Shown here: positions 29,242 to 44,569 of the stretch, one piece after another | How positions within the stretch are numbered: position 1 is the stretch's first letter | Layout of the letters: each line of letters opens with the position of its first letter | Source of the DNA: Eledone cirrhosa | Taxonomy: Eukaryota | Direction: 5' to 3' | Assembly (NCBI GenBank): GCA_964016885.1 | Contig: OZ024742.1 | Location: 312,976,001 to 313,040,000, forward strand | DNA: 64,000 nucleotides | The notes under the pieces: generated by a model | Databases searched by the model: none | Seen by the model: the letters and a program-made list of their open reading frames with translations, nothing else | Told to the model about the DNA's origin: nothing | Made by a program: the position numbers and the translations under genes

Positions 29242-30256
29242 CAGGGTGTGGACGATATTTGTTCGCAATTTTCAACTGCTAATTTTATGCAAATTTTTTT
29301 TACTTCCGTTGTCACTCTTCTCTTCATAAAAACAGTGACTATATTTCCATTATCTATTTTCAGAATAATTGATTATGAATAATTTGTAGAAGAGACACGC
29401 AGTTCTTCTTGCAATCCGCGCTGGGAGGACAAACAAGGAAATTTCAGACTTTCTCAGCGTCAGCAGGAGAATGGTGGAAAAGGTCAGAAAGGAATTGGAA
29501 GATTCAGGATTCGACTACGAAGCAACAGCAGAGAGGAAAACGCATGATCGATGATCTGACGCCTTCAGAACGCCCGAGTTCGTCGCTGAAGTTCAGGATA
29601 TCATCAACAATGAACCTAGCAAGTCGATGCGTGCCATTGCAAGGGAGAAAGGCGTGGATGAAAAGCTCATTAGGCTGGTGGTACATGAAGACATTCGCTA
29701 CGTTTCATACAAGATGAGGAAAGGACAATTTCTGTCAAAAGCCATGCAAGAAAAGCAACTGAAGCACGCAAAGAAGCTGATCAACAAGTTGAAACACCCA
29801 CTGGAGCCAGAGATGCTGTGGTTTTTCTCCGACGAGAAAACTTCTGCCAAGACCAGAAGATCAACTCCCAGAACAACAGATGGCTCGCTGTCTCATCCAA
29901 AGACATGCCCAGAGTCATGCAAACAAAGTTTCCAGCGACAACATTGGTCTTAGGTGTCGTCAGCAGTCAAGGTGAGGTCATGCCACCTCACTTCTTCCCT
30001 GAGGGCTTCAAGCTGAACACCGATGGCTACATCCGCGTTCTGAGCGAGGTAGTAAAGCCCAGGATCGACCAGGTAGCTGCAGGTCGGCTGTACGTGTGGC
30101 AGCAAGACTCAGCGCCCTGCCATACTAGCCGAAAGACCCAAGCCTGGCTGTCAGAGAACTTCGTCGACTACACTTCACCTGACATCTGGCCTCCCAGCTC
30201 GCCTGACTGCAACCCCCTAGACAGTAATCTTGCGAACAAATATCGTTCGCACTCTG
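29242..30256 (+). mobile_element. Tc1/mariner-superfamily DD37D (maT-type) transposon, internally deleted
   Basis: TA TSDs; ~26-bp TIRs cagggtgtggacgatatttgttcgca / tgcgaacaaatatcgttcgcactctg; WFFSDEK...WQQDSAPCH-(37 aa between D and D)-WPPSSPDCNPLD; frameshifts. Confidence 0.9.
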
Positions 30257-30590
30257 TATATTCCTCTCTCTCCCTTTGGTTACTTCTACATACATGTGCT
30301 ACTCCTCATGTTCCCCCTCTCTATCTGTATGTTTTCTGTTTTTTTTCTTTGTTTATTTATCTTCTGTTTACCTATTTTCTTTCTCTTGGCCATCGTCTTC
30401 GTGTCTTTTCTTTCTCCAATAACTTTCCAGTTATTGATGCACCATGGATAGATGTATTGTCTTCGATGCATCGAAACATCCGAGACCCACAGCAGACAAC
30501 TGAAGAAGGGATCTGTCCTTTCTTTGTGTTTTCCTTGTATTTCTAAACACTCGTTTTTAGTAACCACACAGCACCTTGTCCCTTCTAAAT

Positions 30591-30639
<49 letters not shown>

Positions 30640-30640
<1 letters not shown>

Positions 30641-31060
30641 GAGGTTTAGAAAGCTACTCCCACTGTTGACAACAAAAAGTTTCTCCCTACAAACAAAAGG
30701 GCATCTGTATGATGCTAGTGTGCAAAGTGCGATGCTGCATGGTAGTGAAACATGAGTAGTGACTGGAAAGAAATGAAGCAGTCATGTTTTGTTGGATGAG
30801 CAATTTAAATATGAGAGAAAGGCAGAGCTTGGATGAACTGAGGGAGAAGCTGGGTTTATGAGGAATCCAAGGTGATGTGCAGGAGAGAAGACTGCATTGG
30901 TATGGACATGTGATGTGCATAGATGATGATCGATGGGTGAAGAAGTGCCAGAAAATGCCAGTGGATGTAAGTAGCAGTTGGGGTAGACAGAGGAAGACCT
31001 GGGCAGAGGTGGTAAGATTTGACCTCAAACTGCAGAGATTCACAGAGGAGATGACGAAAA
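30640..31060 (+). pseudogene. RTE LINE 3' fragment
   Basis: FRKLLPLLTTK...ERRLHWYGHV...GRQRKTW; homologous to 36891-37450. Confidence 0.75.
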
Positions 31061-31396
31061 AACGTACACACACACAAATATATCATCATCATTTAACATC
31101 TGGTTTTCTTGCTTGCAGATATACATACAAAAAATAGACTTCTACAGTCTCCACCGACCAAATTTTACTCACATGCCATTGGTCAATCTGAAGCTATAGA
31201 AGAAGATACTTGCTCAAGGTGCCATGCATTGGGATTTAACCTGATACCACGTGGCCTTGCCTGTGTGCATGTATGGGAGTGTATGTGTATGTATGTATGA
31301 CAAACAGACAGACAGATAGACATATATACAGATAGATATATATATAACCCATGTTAGCATAGAAAATGGATATTAAACAATGATATATATATATAT

Positions 31397-31835
31397 AAAC
31401 GGAAAAAATGAAACGAAATTTCATTTCTCACTCTTAGTTACTTAAATATAAGTATGTATACGTACATACATATATGTATACAGACGTACAGTAGTATGTA
31501 TATATATATATACATACATGCACACATATATATATGTACGTATGGATTCACCGAACATTTATTATAATGCTCGGTGTGTTTGTAAACAAACATCCGAGTG
31601 TCTAGCAACCATCGTTGCTAATTTGTTCAACACTGACAAAGGAACGCTGTACTAGTTTCAAGCTTATTAGCTATCGTCAGCAACGTATACCTTCCGGCCA
31701 GATGATTGAACGTCTGAAAGTATATACTTTCCTTATGCATATTAACGGCTGAGCAGCCTAATTTGCATATCGAGTGAGTTAATCGGCCGGGGTACCGAAA
31801 ACGATAAATGGAAAAAATGTATGTACGTATACATA

Positions 31836-31840
<5 letters not shown>
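31397..31840 (-). mobile_element. Family A repeat with hammerhead at 31645-31685
   Basis: Minus strand CGTTG-CTGACGA-tagctaataagctt-GAAA-CTAG-TA-CAGCG. Confidence 0.8.
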
Positions 31841-34488
<2,648 letters not shown>

Positions 34489-34847
34489 ATATAGATAATT
34501 AGATAGATAGATAGCTAGCTAGATAGGCAGATAGTCAGATACATAGATAGCGAGAGAGATAAAGAGATTTAGGCTATTAACTATGTCAATATTTCAATGG
34601 ATGTTTTCTTAGCTGAAATCTTTAAACAGCTGTGTGTCACTAAAGATAACTTATCGCAGAATATTCTAGTTCCCATTGTTACCACTATGTTACTTCTCTC
34701 TATACTCTGTGGGAATCAACTTTTACCATTTAACACTGAAAGGTGCATCACACTTAGTATTGGGGTCCATTATTATTTCTGCACCTGTACATGAATGGGT
34801 GTGTATCTTTTATTGTTTGTGTCTATGCATATCTGTTTGTGTATGGG

Positions 34848-34977
34848 TGAAGGCGCATAGCTTAGTGGTTAGAGCACTGGATTCACAATCAAGTAGTTGT
34901 GAGTTCGATTCCCCGGTCTGGGTTATGTGTTGTGCCCATGAGCAAAAGACTTTATTTCACATTGCTCCAGTTCACTG
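34848..34977 (+). mobile_element. Diverged tRNA-derived CORE-like SINE
   Basis: gcatagcttagtggttagagc...gagttcgattcc...ctttatttcacattgctccag. Confidence 0.7.
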
Positions 34978-35108
34978 GTGCCAAACTGCATTGACCTTTG
35001 CCTTTCCCTTGGACGGCATCAGAGGTGTGAAGAAGGGACACTGCATGCATGTTTATTATATATGAAGATATATAATATGCTTTCATTATACACCTCCATT
35101 ATGCTTAA

Positions 35109-35328
35109 CCCTTTAATGTTCAAACCGGCCAAACCCGGCCAGAATTCTCTACCTTTTTCTGTTGAAACTGGCTGTAACTGGTCACTCAAACTGATGTTAA
35201 GGTATTGTTCTCAAAATAAATACTTTCAAAATCTCATAGATTCTATATTATGTGAGATAATTATGTGAGGTAAAGCCTTTACCATGAAAATATAATAGTA
35301 TATACAGAGTAATGTGAATGCTAAAGGG
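35109..35328. mobile_element. piggyBac-type MITE
   Basis: TTAA|CCCTTTA...TAAAGGG|TTAA; reverse-oriented homologue at 63828-64000. Confidence 0.75.
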
Positions 35329-35513
35329 TTAAACACTGTCTTAGTGCTACTGCCAATTATTTATAATCAACCAAGTTCACATTATTATGCAAATTAGTTT
35401 TCCCACTCAATGTTTGCTATTTGCTATATGCAACTGAGCGTCTCCAGTAAATGTTCATCATGCAAAATTCTACATAGACTCTAGTCTATTTCTATGTCTG
35501 TACTTGTTGAGTA

Positions 35514-35564
35514 AATGTCACTGATGAGAGATTAATGAATCTTGTAACAGGTTTGTTTGACATT
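35514..35564 (+). ncRNA. Hammerhead motif with A13U substitution
   Basis: AATGTCA-CTGATGA-GAGATT aatg AATCTT-GTAAC-aggttt-GTT-TGACATT; 7-bp helix I, 6-bp helix II. Confidence 0.7.
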
Positions 35565-35858
35565 CTTGACTGCTACTGACAAATCTATGACATGTTCATG
35601 GACAAAAACTATTTTCTTGTTACAAAAATGACTTGTTCTTTGATATTAAATGCATGTACAAAATATCATGTATTTCTCAAACGACATATGACTCTCTCTC
35701 TCTCTCTCTCTCCTTATATACATATAGATATATATATATAGGAAAAGAGATAGAGAGAAAGAGGCATATATCATTTGAGAAACACATAGTATTTTGTACA
35801 CACATTTAATACAAATAATTTCAGGAACAATAGATATACTTAAGGTGGAATAAGTAAT

Positions 35859-35994
35859 ATTCCTGACAGAACTGTTTCACAGTTCCAATAGAACATTAGG
35901 CAAGTGGAAATCGATCCAAGTAATCGTTATCGATTACTGATTCTGGATTCTGGTAAAAGCTAACAAAATGCAAGGACCTACTCATCAGAAGAAT
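35859..35994 (-). ncRNA. Hammerhead ribozyme with ~100-nt extended helix II
   Basis: Minus strand ATTCTT-CTGATGA-[~103 nt including gtaatcg/cgattac hairpin]-GAAAC-agttct-GTC-AGGAAT. Confidence 0.65.
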
Positions 35995-36024
35995 TGCCTT
36001 TAGATATGTCCCACACTTATATAT

Positions 36025-36470
36025 ATATCATCATCATTTAATGTCCATTTTTCCATGCTAGCATGGGTTAGACGGGTTGTCCCGTTTGAGGTATGTTGGG
36101 TCAGATGACTTTGTCTTGCTCATATAGGACTGTTTCTGGCTAGGTTTCTACAGCTGGATACCCTTCCTAATGCCAACCATATTTACTGTGTGGGCTAGGT
36201 GCTTTTAATCGTGACACCTACATGACCACCTGACAGCGTGGGCTGGGTGCTTTTTGTCATGACACCTACACAACCAATTTACAGTGTGGGCTGGGTGCCT
36301 TTTGTCATGACACCTACACAATCAATTTACAGTGTGGGCTGGGTGCCTTTTGTCGTGACACCTGCATGACCACTTTACAGTGTGGGCTAGGTGCTTTTTG
36401 TCGTGACACCTACATGACCAATTTACAGTGTGGCCGGGGATGCTTTTTTGTTGTGTTGCCATCACAGCCA
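36025..36470 (-). repeat. RTE/SINE-type 3' tail with about 6 tandem copies of a ~47-bp unit
   Basis: ttacagtgtgggctgggtgc(c/t)ttttgtc(a/g)tgacacctaca repeated across 36180-36470. Confidence 0.8.
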
Positions 36471-36497
36471 ATACACACATATTCACATATATTTATT

Positions 36498-37452
36498 TCA
36501 TCATCATCATCATCGTTTAACGTCTATCTTCCACGCTAGCATGGGTTTAGATGGGAATTGTCACACTTGAGGCAAGATTGGTTGTCTCGCTCGTATGAGA
36601 CTGTCTGGCAGGTTTTCTACGGCTGGATGCCCTTCCTAACACCAACCACGTTTACAGTGTGGACTGGGAGGTTTTACCGTGTTACCTACACGGCCACATT
36701 ACAGCGTGGACTGTGTTTTTTTGTTGTCGTGACACCTACACAACCTCATTTATTTAGGACTGGATGTTGTGGTGTCAACATAACTTTACAGAGGAAGGGG
36801 TGGTGTTGATGGGGGGGGGGAGTTGGGGTAGTGGGAGGGGGTGTATATTTGATTAAGAGGTGCCTACTGACTGTAGGTTTCGCTTTGTACTTAGGCAAGG
36901 CGGGTTTTCTGTATTACTGCGTAGCGCCAAAGATCTCGGTCCAGTGACATTGTCTTAGAGACGTGTAAGTGTGTAAGGTCGGAATTTATCAAATCGTCCC
37001 AGGTTTTTCTGGCTCTGCCTACTCCGTAACTTCCGTCAATTTTGATCGCCCTGCACTTTTTTATACAGCTGTCGTCTTTCATGCGCATCACGTGACCATA
37101 CCAACGTAGTCTTCTCTCGAGTAAACAGCATCTGATCCCTCTTATACCTAATTTCTCACTTAGTTCATTTATGCTTTGCTGTTCACGTATATTACTATTA
37201 CACATCCAACGGAGCATGCATGCTTCGTTCCTCTCCAGTCTGTGCAGGTCCTCTGCACACAATGCCTAAGTCTCACTGCCATGTAATATAGCTGTTCGTA
37301 TGCAGGCATCATACAGTCTGCCTTTCATTTTTAGAGAGAAACCTTTAGCGGCCAATAGTGGTATAAACTCTCTGAACTTTTTCCATCCCGTTCTGACTCT
37401 GGCTACTGTACTTTCTGAGCACCCTCCCCCACTGCTGATTTTGTCACCCAGA
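36498..37452 (-). mobile_element. RTE-clade LINE 3' end (ORF2 C-terminus, 3' UTR and (GAT)n tail)
   Basis: GWKKFRE...KGRLYDAC...LHGSET*...MLRWMC...RRLRWYGHVMR...GRARKTW...DRDLWR; UTR shares gaagggcatccagc and gacgttaaacgatgatg with the SINEs. Confidence 0.88.
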
Positions 37453-37789
37453 TTTATTTATTAGAATATGTGTTTAAAATACCATATTATCTAAAACATT
37501 AAAACATTAACTGAATGAACACTAAATACTTGTGGGAAGAATGTAGACATTTAATTTTTCAAGTAGACAAGTGACAGTGACTTCGAAGTTTCAATTCAGT
37601 CACTTTATACATCGTTGTTTAACTCCAGGTTAGCTGTAAAAGAAAAGACATTCCAGCCATGATCAGCCCATCTATTTTCAAGGTACAGTGTATTCTTCAC
37701 TAAATTATCCTGACCTTTTTGAGTCAGTTGAGTGGGACTTGAGAGATATCTGGTTGCTGATTCAAGGGGGCCAAGCAACCTTGTCAACA

Positions 37790-40700
37790 ATGATGATGAT
37801 GATGATGATGGTGTTGATGATGATACAGATAATGATAATCAGGAGGCTGATGATGCCGATGTTGATAATGATAGTAAGGAAGCTGAAGATGATGATAATA
37901 ATAATAAAGGTGATAATGATGATGATGATGATGATGAAAGTGATAACGATGATGACGATGATAATGATAATGATGATGATGATGATGATAAAGGTGATAA
38001 TGATGATGATGATGATGATGATAAAGGTGATAATGATGATGATGATGATGATAAAGGTGATAATGATGATGATGATGATGATGAAAGTGATAATGATGAT
38101 GATGATGATGATAAAGGTGATGATGATGATGATGATGACAATTATAACGATGTGAATAGTAATATTAGTACTGGTGGTGGTGGTGGTGGTGGTGGTGGTA
38201 GTGGTGGTGTTGGTGGTGATGGTGGCGGTGGTGATGGTGGTGATGTTGGTGGTGATGGTGGTGGTGGTGATGGTGGTGATGGTGGCGGTGGTGATGGTGG
38301 TGATGTTGGTGGTGATGGTGGTGGTGGTGATGGTGGTGGTGGTGATGGTGGTGATGTTGGTGGTGATGGTGGTGGTGGTGGTGGTGGTGGTGATGATGGT
38401 GGTGGTGATGGTGGTGATGTTGGTGGTGATGGTGGTGATGGTGGTGATGTTGGTGGTGATGGTGGTGATGGTGGTGATGGTGGTGATGTTGGTGGTGATG
38501 GTGGTGGTGGTGGTGATGATGGTGGTGGTGATGGTGGTGATGTTGGTGATGTTGGTGGTGATGGTGGTGGTGGTGGTGATGGTGGTGATGTTGGTGGTGG
38601 TAGTAGTGGTGATGGTGGTGGTGGTGGTGGTGGTGATGGTGGTGATGTTGGTGGTGGTAGTAGTGGTGATGGTGGTGGTGGTGGTGGTGGTGGAGGTGAT
38701 GGTGGTAGTGGTGGTGGTGATGTTGGTGGTGGTGGTAGTAGCAGTGATGATGGTGGTTGTGGTGATGGTGGTGGTGGTGCTGGCGGTGGTGGTGGTTGTG
38801 ATGTTGGTGGAGATGGTGGTGGTGGTGGTGATGATGGTGGTGGTGGTGGTGGTGGTAGTGGTGGTGGTGGTGATGGTGGTGGTGGTGGTGGAGGTGATGG
38901 TGGTGGTGGTGGAGATGGTGGTGGTGGTGATGTTGGTGGTGGTGGTGGTAGCAGTGGTGGTGGTGGTGATGGTGGTGCTGGTGGTGGTGATGGTGGTGGT
39001 TGTGATGTTGGTGGTGGTGGAGATGGTGGTGGTGGTAGAGATGGTGGTGGTGGTAGAGATGGTAGTGGTGATGGTGGTGGTTGTGATATTGGTGGTGGTG
39101 GAGATGGTGGTGGAGATGGTGGTGGTGGTGGTGATGGTGGTGGAGATGGTGGTGATGGTGGTAGAGATGGTGGTGGTGATGGTAGTGGTGGTGGTGGTGG
39201 TGATGGTGGTGATGGTGGTGGAGATGGTGGTGGTGATGGTGGTGGTGACGATGCTGGTGGTGGTGATGGTAGTGGTGATGGTGGTGGTTGTGATATTGGT
39301 GGTGGTGGAGATGGTGGTGGTGGTGGTGATGGTGGTGGTGATGGTGGTGATGGTGGTGGTGACGATGCTGGTGGTGGTGATGGTAGTGGTGATGGTGGTG
39401 GTTGTGATATTGGTGGTGGTGGAGATGATGGTGGTGGTGGTGATGGTGGTGATGGTGGTGGAGATGGTGGTGGTGATGGTGGTGGAGATGGTGGTGGTGA
39501 TGGTGGTGGTGGTGGTGGGGATGGTGGTGGTGGTGGTGATGGTAGTGGTGATGATGTTGGTGGTGGTAGTGGTGGTGGTGGCAGTGGGAGTAGTGGTGGT
39601 GGTGATAGTGGTGATGGTGATGGTTGTGATGATGGTAGTGGTGGTGGTGATCGTGGTGGTGATGGTGGTGGTGGTGATGGTGGTAGTGATGGTGGTGGTT
39701 GTGATGTTGGTGGTGGTGGTAGAGATGGTGGTGGTGATGGTAGTGGTGGTGATGGTGGTGATGGTGGTGGAGATGGTGGTGGTGATGGTGGTGGAGATGG
39801 TGGTGGTGTTGGAGATGGTGGTGATGGTGGAGATGATGGTGGTGATGGTAGTGGTGATGATGTTGGTGGTGGTAGTGGTGGTGGTGGTGGTGGTGGTGGG
39901 AGTAGTGGTGATGGTGATGGTGGTGGTGGCAGTGGGAGTAGTGGTGGTGGTGATGGTGGTGGTGGTGATGGTGATGGTTGTGATGATGGTAGTGGTGGTG
40001 ATGATAGTGGTGGTGATGGTGGTGCTGGTGGTGATGGTGATGGTGGTGGTGATGGTGATGGTGGTGGTGGTAGTGGTGGTGGTGGCAGTGGGGGTAGTGG
40101 TGGTGGTGATGGTGGTGGTGGTGATGATTGTGATGATGGTAGTGGTGGTGATGGTGGTGCTGGTGGTGGTGGTGATGGTGGTGGTGGTGGGGATGGTGGT
40201 GGTCGTGGTGGTGGTGGTGGTGGGGATGGTTAGGAAGATGATGGTGGTGATGGTAGTGGTGATGATGTTGGTGGTGGTAGTGGTGGTGGTGGTGATGGTG
40301 ATGGTGGTGGTGGTGGTAGAGGTGGTGGTGGTGATGGTGGTGGTGGTGATGGTGATGGTGGTGCTGGTGGTGGTGGTGATGGTGGTGGTGGTGGTGATGG
40401 TGGTGGTGGTGGAGATGATGGTGGTAATGGTAGTGGTGATGATGTTGGTGGTGGTGGTGGTGGTGGTGGTGGTGGTGGTGGTGGTGGTGGTGGTGGGAGT
40501 AGTGGTGATGGTGATGGTGGTGGTGGCAGTGGGAGTAGTGGTGGTGGTGATGGTGGTGGTGGTGATGGTGATGGTTGTGATGATGGTAGTGGTGATGATG
40601 GTGGTGGTGTTGATGGTGGTGGTGTTGGTGGTGGTGGTGGTAGTAGTGGTGATGGTGGTGGTGGTGGTGGTGGAGCTGATGGTGGTGATGGTGGTGGTGG

Positions 40701-43700
40701 TGATGGTGGTGGTGGTGGTGGCAGTGGGTGTAGTGGTCGTGGTGATGGTCGTGGTGGTAGTGGTGGTGGTGGTGATGGTGATGGTGGTGGTGGTAGTGGT
40801 GGTGGTGGCAGTGGGGGTAGTGGTGGTGGTGATGGTGGTGGTGGTGATGGTGATGATTGTGATGATGGTAGTGGTGGTGATGGTGGTGCTGGTAGTGGTG
40901 GTAATGGTGGTGGTGGTGGTGATGGTGGTGGTGGTGGAGATGATGGTGGTGATGGTAGTGGTGGTGGTGGTGGCAGTGGGAGTAGTGGTGGTGGTGATGG
41001 TGGTGGTGGTGGTGGTGGTGATGGTTGTGATGATGGTAGTGGTGGTGATGATAGTGGTGGTGATGGTGGTGCTGGTGGTGATGGTGATGGTGGTGGTGAT
41101 GGTGATGGTGGTGGTGGTAGTGGTGGTGGTGGCAGTGGGGGTAGTGGTGGTGGTGATGGTGGTGGTGGTGATGGTGATGATTGTGATGATGGTAGTGGTG
41201 GTGATGGTGGTGCTGGTGGTGGTGGTGATGGTGGTGCTGGAGATGATGGTGGTGGTGGTGATGGTGGTGGTGATGGTGGTGGTGATGGTGGTGGAGATGG
41301 TGGTGGTGATGGTGGTGGTGATGGTCATGGTGATGGTGGTGGTGGTGGTACTGGTGATGGTGGTGGTTTGTGATGTTGGTGGTGGTGGTGATGGTGGTGA
41401 TGGTGGTGATGATGGTGGTGGTGGTGTTGGTAGTGGTGGTGATGGTGGTGATGGTGGTGGTTGTGATGTTCGTGGTGGTTGTGATGTTGGTGGTGGTGGT
41501 GATGGTGGTGGTGGAGATGGTGGTGGTGATGGTAGTGGTGATGGTAGTGGTGATGATGGTGGTGGTGTTGATGGTGGTGGTGTTGATGGTGGTGGTGTTG
41601 GTGGTGGTGGTGGTAGTAGTGGTGATGGTGGTGGTGGTGATGGTGGTGATGTTGGTGGTGATGGTGGTAGTAGTGGTGATGGTGGTGGTCGTGGTGGTAA
41701 TGGTGGTGGTGGTGGTGGTGGTGGTGGCAGTGGGTATAGTGGTCGTGGTGATGGTCGTGGTGGTGATGGTTGTGATGATGGTGGTGGTGGTGATGGTGGT
41801 GGTGATGGTGGTGGTGGTGGTGGTGATGGTGGTGGTGGAGATGGTGGTGGTGATGGTAGTGGTGATGGTAGTGGTGATGATGGTGGTGGTGTTGATGGTG
41901 GTGGTGTTGATGGTGGTGGTGTTGGTGGTGGTGGTGGTAGTAGTGGTGATGGTGGTGGTGGTGATGGTGGTGATGTTGGTGGTGATGGTGGTAGTAGTGG
42001 TGATGGTGGTGGTCGTGGTGGTAATGGTGGTGGTGGTGGTGGTGGTGGTGGCAGTGGGTATAGTGGTCGTGGTGATGGTCGTGGTGGTGATGGTTGTGAT
42101 GATGGTGGTGGTGGTGATGGTGGTGGTGATGGTGGTGGTGGTAGTAATGGTGGTGGTGGTGATGGTGATGGTGGTGGTCGTGGTGATGGTCGTGGTGGTG
42201 ATGGTTGTGATGATGGTGGTGGTGGTGATGGTGGTGGTGATGGCGGTGGTGGTAGTAATGGTGGTGGTGGTGATGGTGATGGTGGTGGTGGTGGTGATGG
42301 TGATGGTGGTGGTAGTGGTGGTGGTGGCAGTGGGGGTAGTGGTGGTGGTGATGGTGGTGGTGGTGATGATTGTGGTGATGGTAGTGGTGGTGATGTTGGT
42401 GGTGGTAGTGGTGGTGGTGGTGATGGTGATGGTGGTGGTGGTGGTGGTGGTAGTGGTGGTGGTGGCAGTGGGGGTAGTGGTGGTGGTGATGGTGGTGGTG
42501 GTGATGGTGATGATTGTGATGATGGTAGTGGTGGTGATGGTGGTGCTGGTGGTGGTGGTGATGGTGGTGGTGGTGGTGATGGTGGTGGTGGTGGAGATGA
42601 TGGTGGTAATGGTAGTGGTGATGATGTTGGTGGTGGTAGTGGTGGTGGTGGTGGTGGTGGTGGTGGTGGTGGGAGTAGTGGTGATGGTGATGGTGGTGGT
42701 GGCAGTGGGAGTAGTGGTGGTGGTGATGGTGGTGGTGGTGATGGTGATGGTTGTGATGATGGTAGTGGTGATGATGGTGGTGGTGTTGATGGTGGTGGTG
42801 TTGATGGTGGTGGTGTTGGTGGTGGAGATGATGGTGGTGATGGTGGTGGTGGTGATGGTGGTGATGTTGGTGGTGATGGTGGTAGTAGTGGTGATGGTGG
42901 TGGTCGTGGTGGTAATGGTGGTGGTGGTGGTGGCAGTGGGTGTAGTGTTCGTGGTGATGGTGGTGGTGGTGGTGATGGTGATGGTGGTGGTGGTAGTGGT
43001 GGTGGTGGCAGTGGGGGTAGTGGTGGTGGTGATGGTGGTGGTGGTGATGGTAATGATTGTGATGATGGTAGTGGTGGTGATGGTGGTTCTGGTAGTGGTG
43101 GTAATGGTGGTGGTGGTGGTGATGGTGGTGGTGGTGGAGATGATGGTGGTGATGGTAGTGGTGATGATGTTGGTGGTGGTAGTGGTGGTGGTGGTGGCAG
43201 TGGGAGTAGTGGTGATGGTGATGGTGGCAGTGGGAGTAGTGGTGGTGGTGATGGTTGTGGTGGTGGTGGTGATGGTTGTGATGATGGTAGTGGTGGTGAT
43301 GATAGTGGTGGTGATGGTGGTGCTGGTGGTGATGGTGATGGTGGTGGTGATGGTGATGGTGGTGGTGGTAGTGGTGGTGGTGGCAGTGGGGGTAGTGGTG
43401 GTGGTGATGGTGGTGGTGGTGATGGTGATGATTGTGATGATGGTAGTGGTGGTGATGGTGGTGCTGGTGGTGGTGGTGATGGTGGTGCTGGAGATGATGG
43501 TGGTGGTGGTGATGGTGGTGGTGATGGTGGTGGTGATGGTGGTGGTGGTGGTGATGGTCATGGTGATGAGGGTGGTGGTGGTGATGGTAGTAGTGGTGGT
43601 GGTGGTGCTGGTAGTGATGGTGGTGGTTTGTGATGTTGGTGGTGGTGGTGATGGTGGTGATGGTGGTGATGATGGTGGTGGTGGTGTTGGTAGTGGTGGT

Positions 43701-44510
43701 GATGGTGGTGATGATGGTGGTTGTGATGTTCGTGGTGGTTGTGATGTTGGTGGTGGTGGTGATGGTGGTGGTGGAGATGGTGGTGGTGATGGTAGTGGTG
43801 ATGGTAGTGGTGATGATGGTGGTGGTGTTGATGGTGGTGGTGTTGATGGTGGTGGTGTTGGTGGTGGTGGTGGTGGTAGTAGTGGTGATGGTGGTGGTGG
43901 TGGTGGTGGAGATGATGGTGGTGATGGTGGTGGTGGTGATGGTGGTGATGTTGGTGGTGATGGTGGTAGTAGTGGTGATGGTGGTGGTCGTGGTGGTAAT
44001 GGTGGTGGTGTTGGTGGCAGTGGGTGTAGTGGTCGTGGTGATGGTCGTGGTGGTGATGGTTGTGATGATGGTGGTGATGGTGATGGTGGTGGTGATGGTG
44101 GTGGTGGTAGTAATGGTGGTGGTGGTGATGGTGATGGTGGTGTTGATGTTGGTGGTCATGGTGGTGATGATGATGGTGGTGGTGATGGTGGTGGTGATGG
44201 TGATGGTGGTAGTAATGGTGGTGGTGGTGATGGTGGTGTTGATGTTGGTGGTCATGGTGGTGGTGGTGATGATGGTGGTGGTGGTGATGGTGGTGGTGGT
44301 GATGGTGGTGGTGGTGATGGTGCTAGTGCTGGTGTTTTTGATGGGGATGTTGGTGGTGGTAGTTGATATGGTAGTGGTGATATTGATGATAATGTTTGTG
44401 ATGGTGGTGTTTGAAGTAGCGGTATTGTTGTTGATGACAATGATGATGATGACAATGATGGTTTTGTTGATGATTTTATTGTTGATGATGATGTTGATGA
44501 TGATGGCAGT
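37790..44510. repeat. 6.7-kb imperfect (GGT/GAT)n trinucleotide array with higher-order duplications
   Basis: (GAT)-rich ends and a GGT-rich core; 324-bp (41513/41837) and 2260-bp (41368/43628) periodicities. Confidence 0.9.
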
Positions 44511-44569
44511 GATTAAGATTATACAGCCTATGATATCATCTATGATATCACTGTGTCTCTTACACACAA

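Noticed and set aside
30259-30590. Possible solo LTR or HHR (ctgaagaagggatctgtcctt)
   Set aside because: No GAAA after the stem, and no TSD or partner LTR identifiable
36180-36470. CRISPR-like periodicity, also at 62860-63320
   Set aside because: Contiguous tandem units with no unique spacers, eukaryotic context, no cas genes
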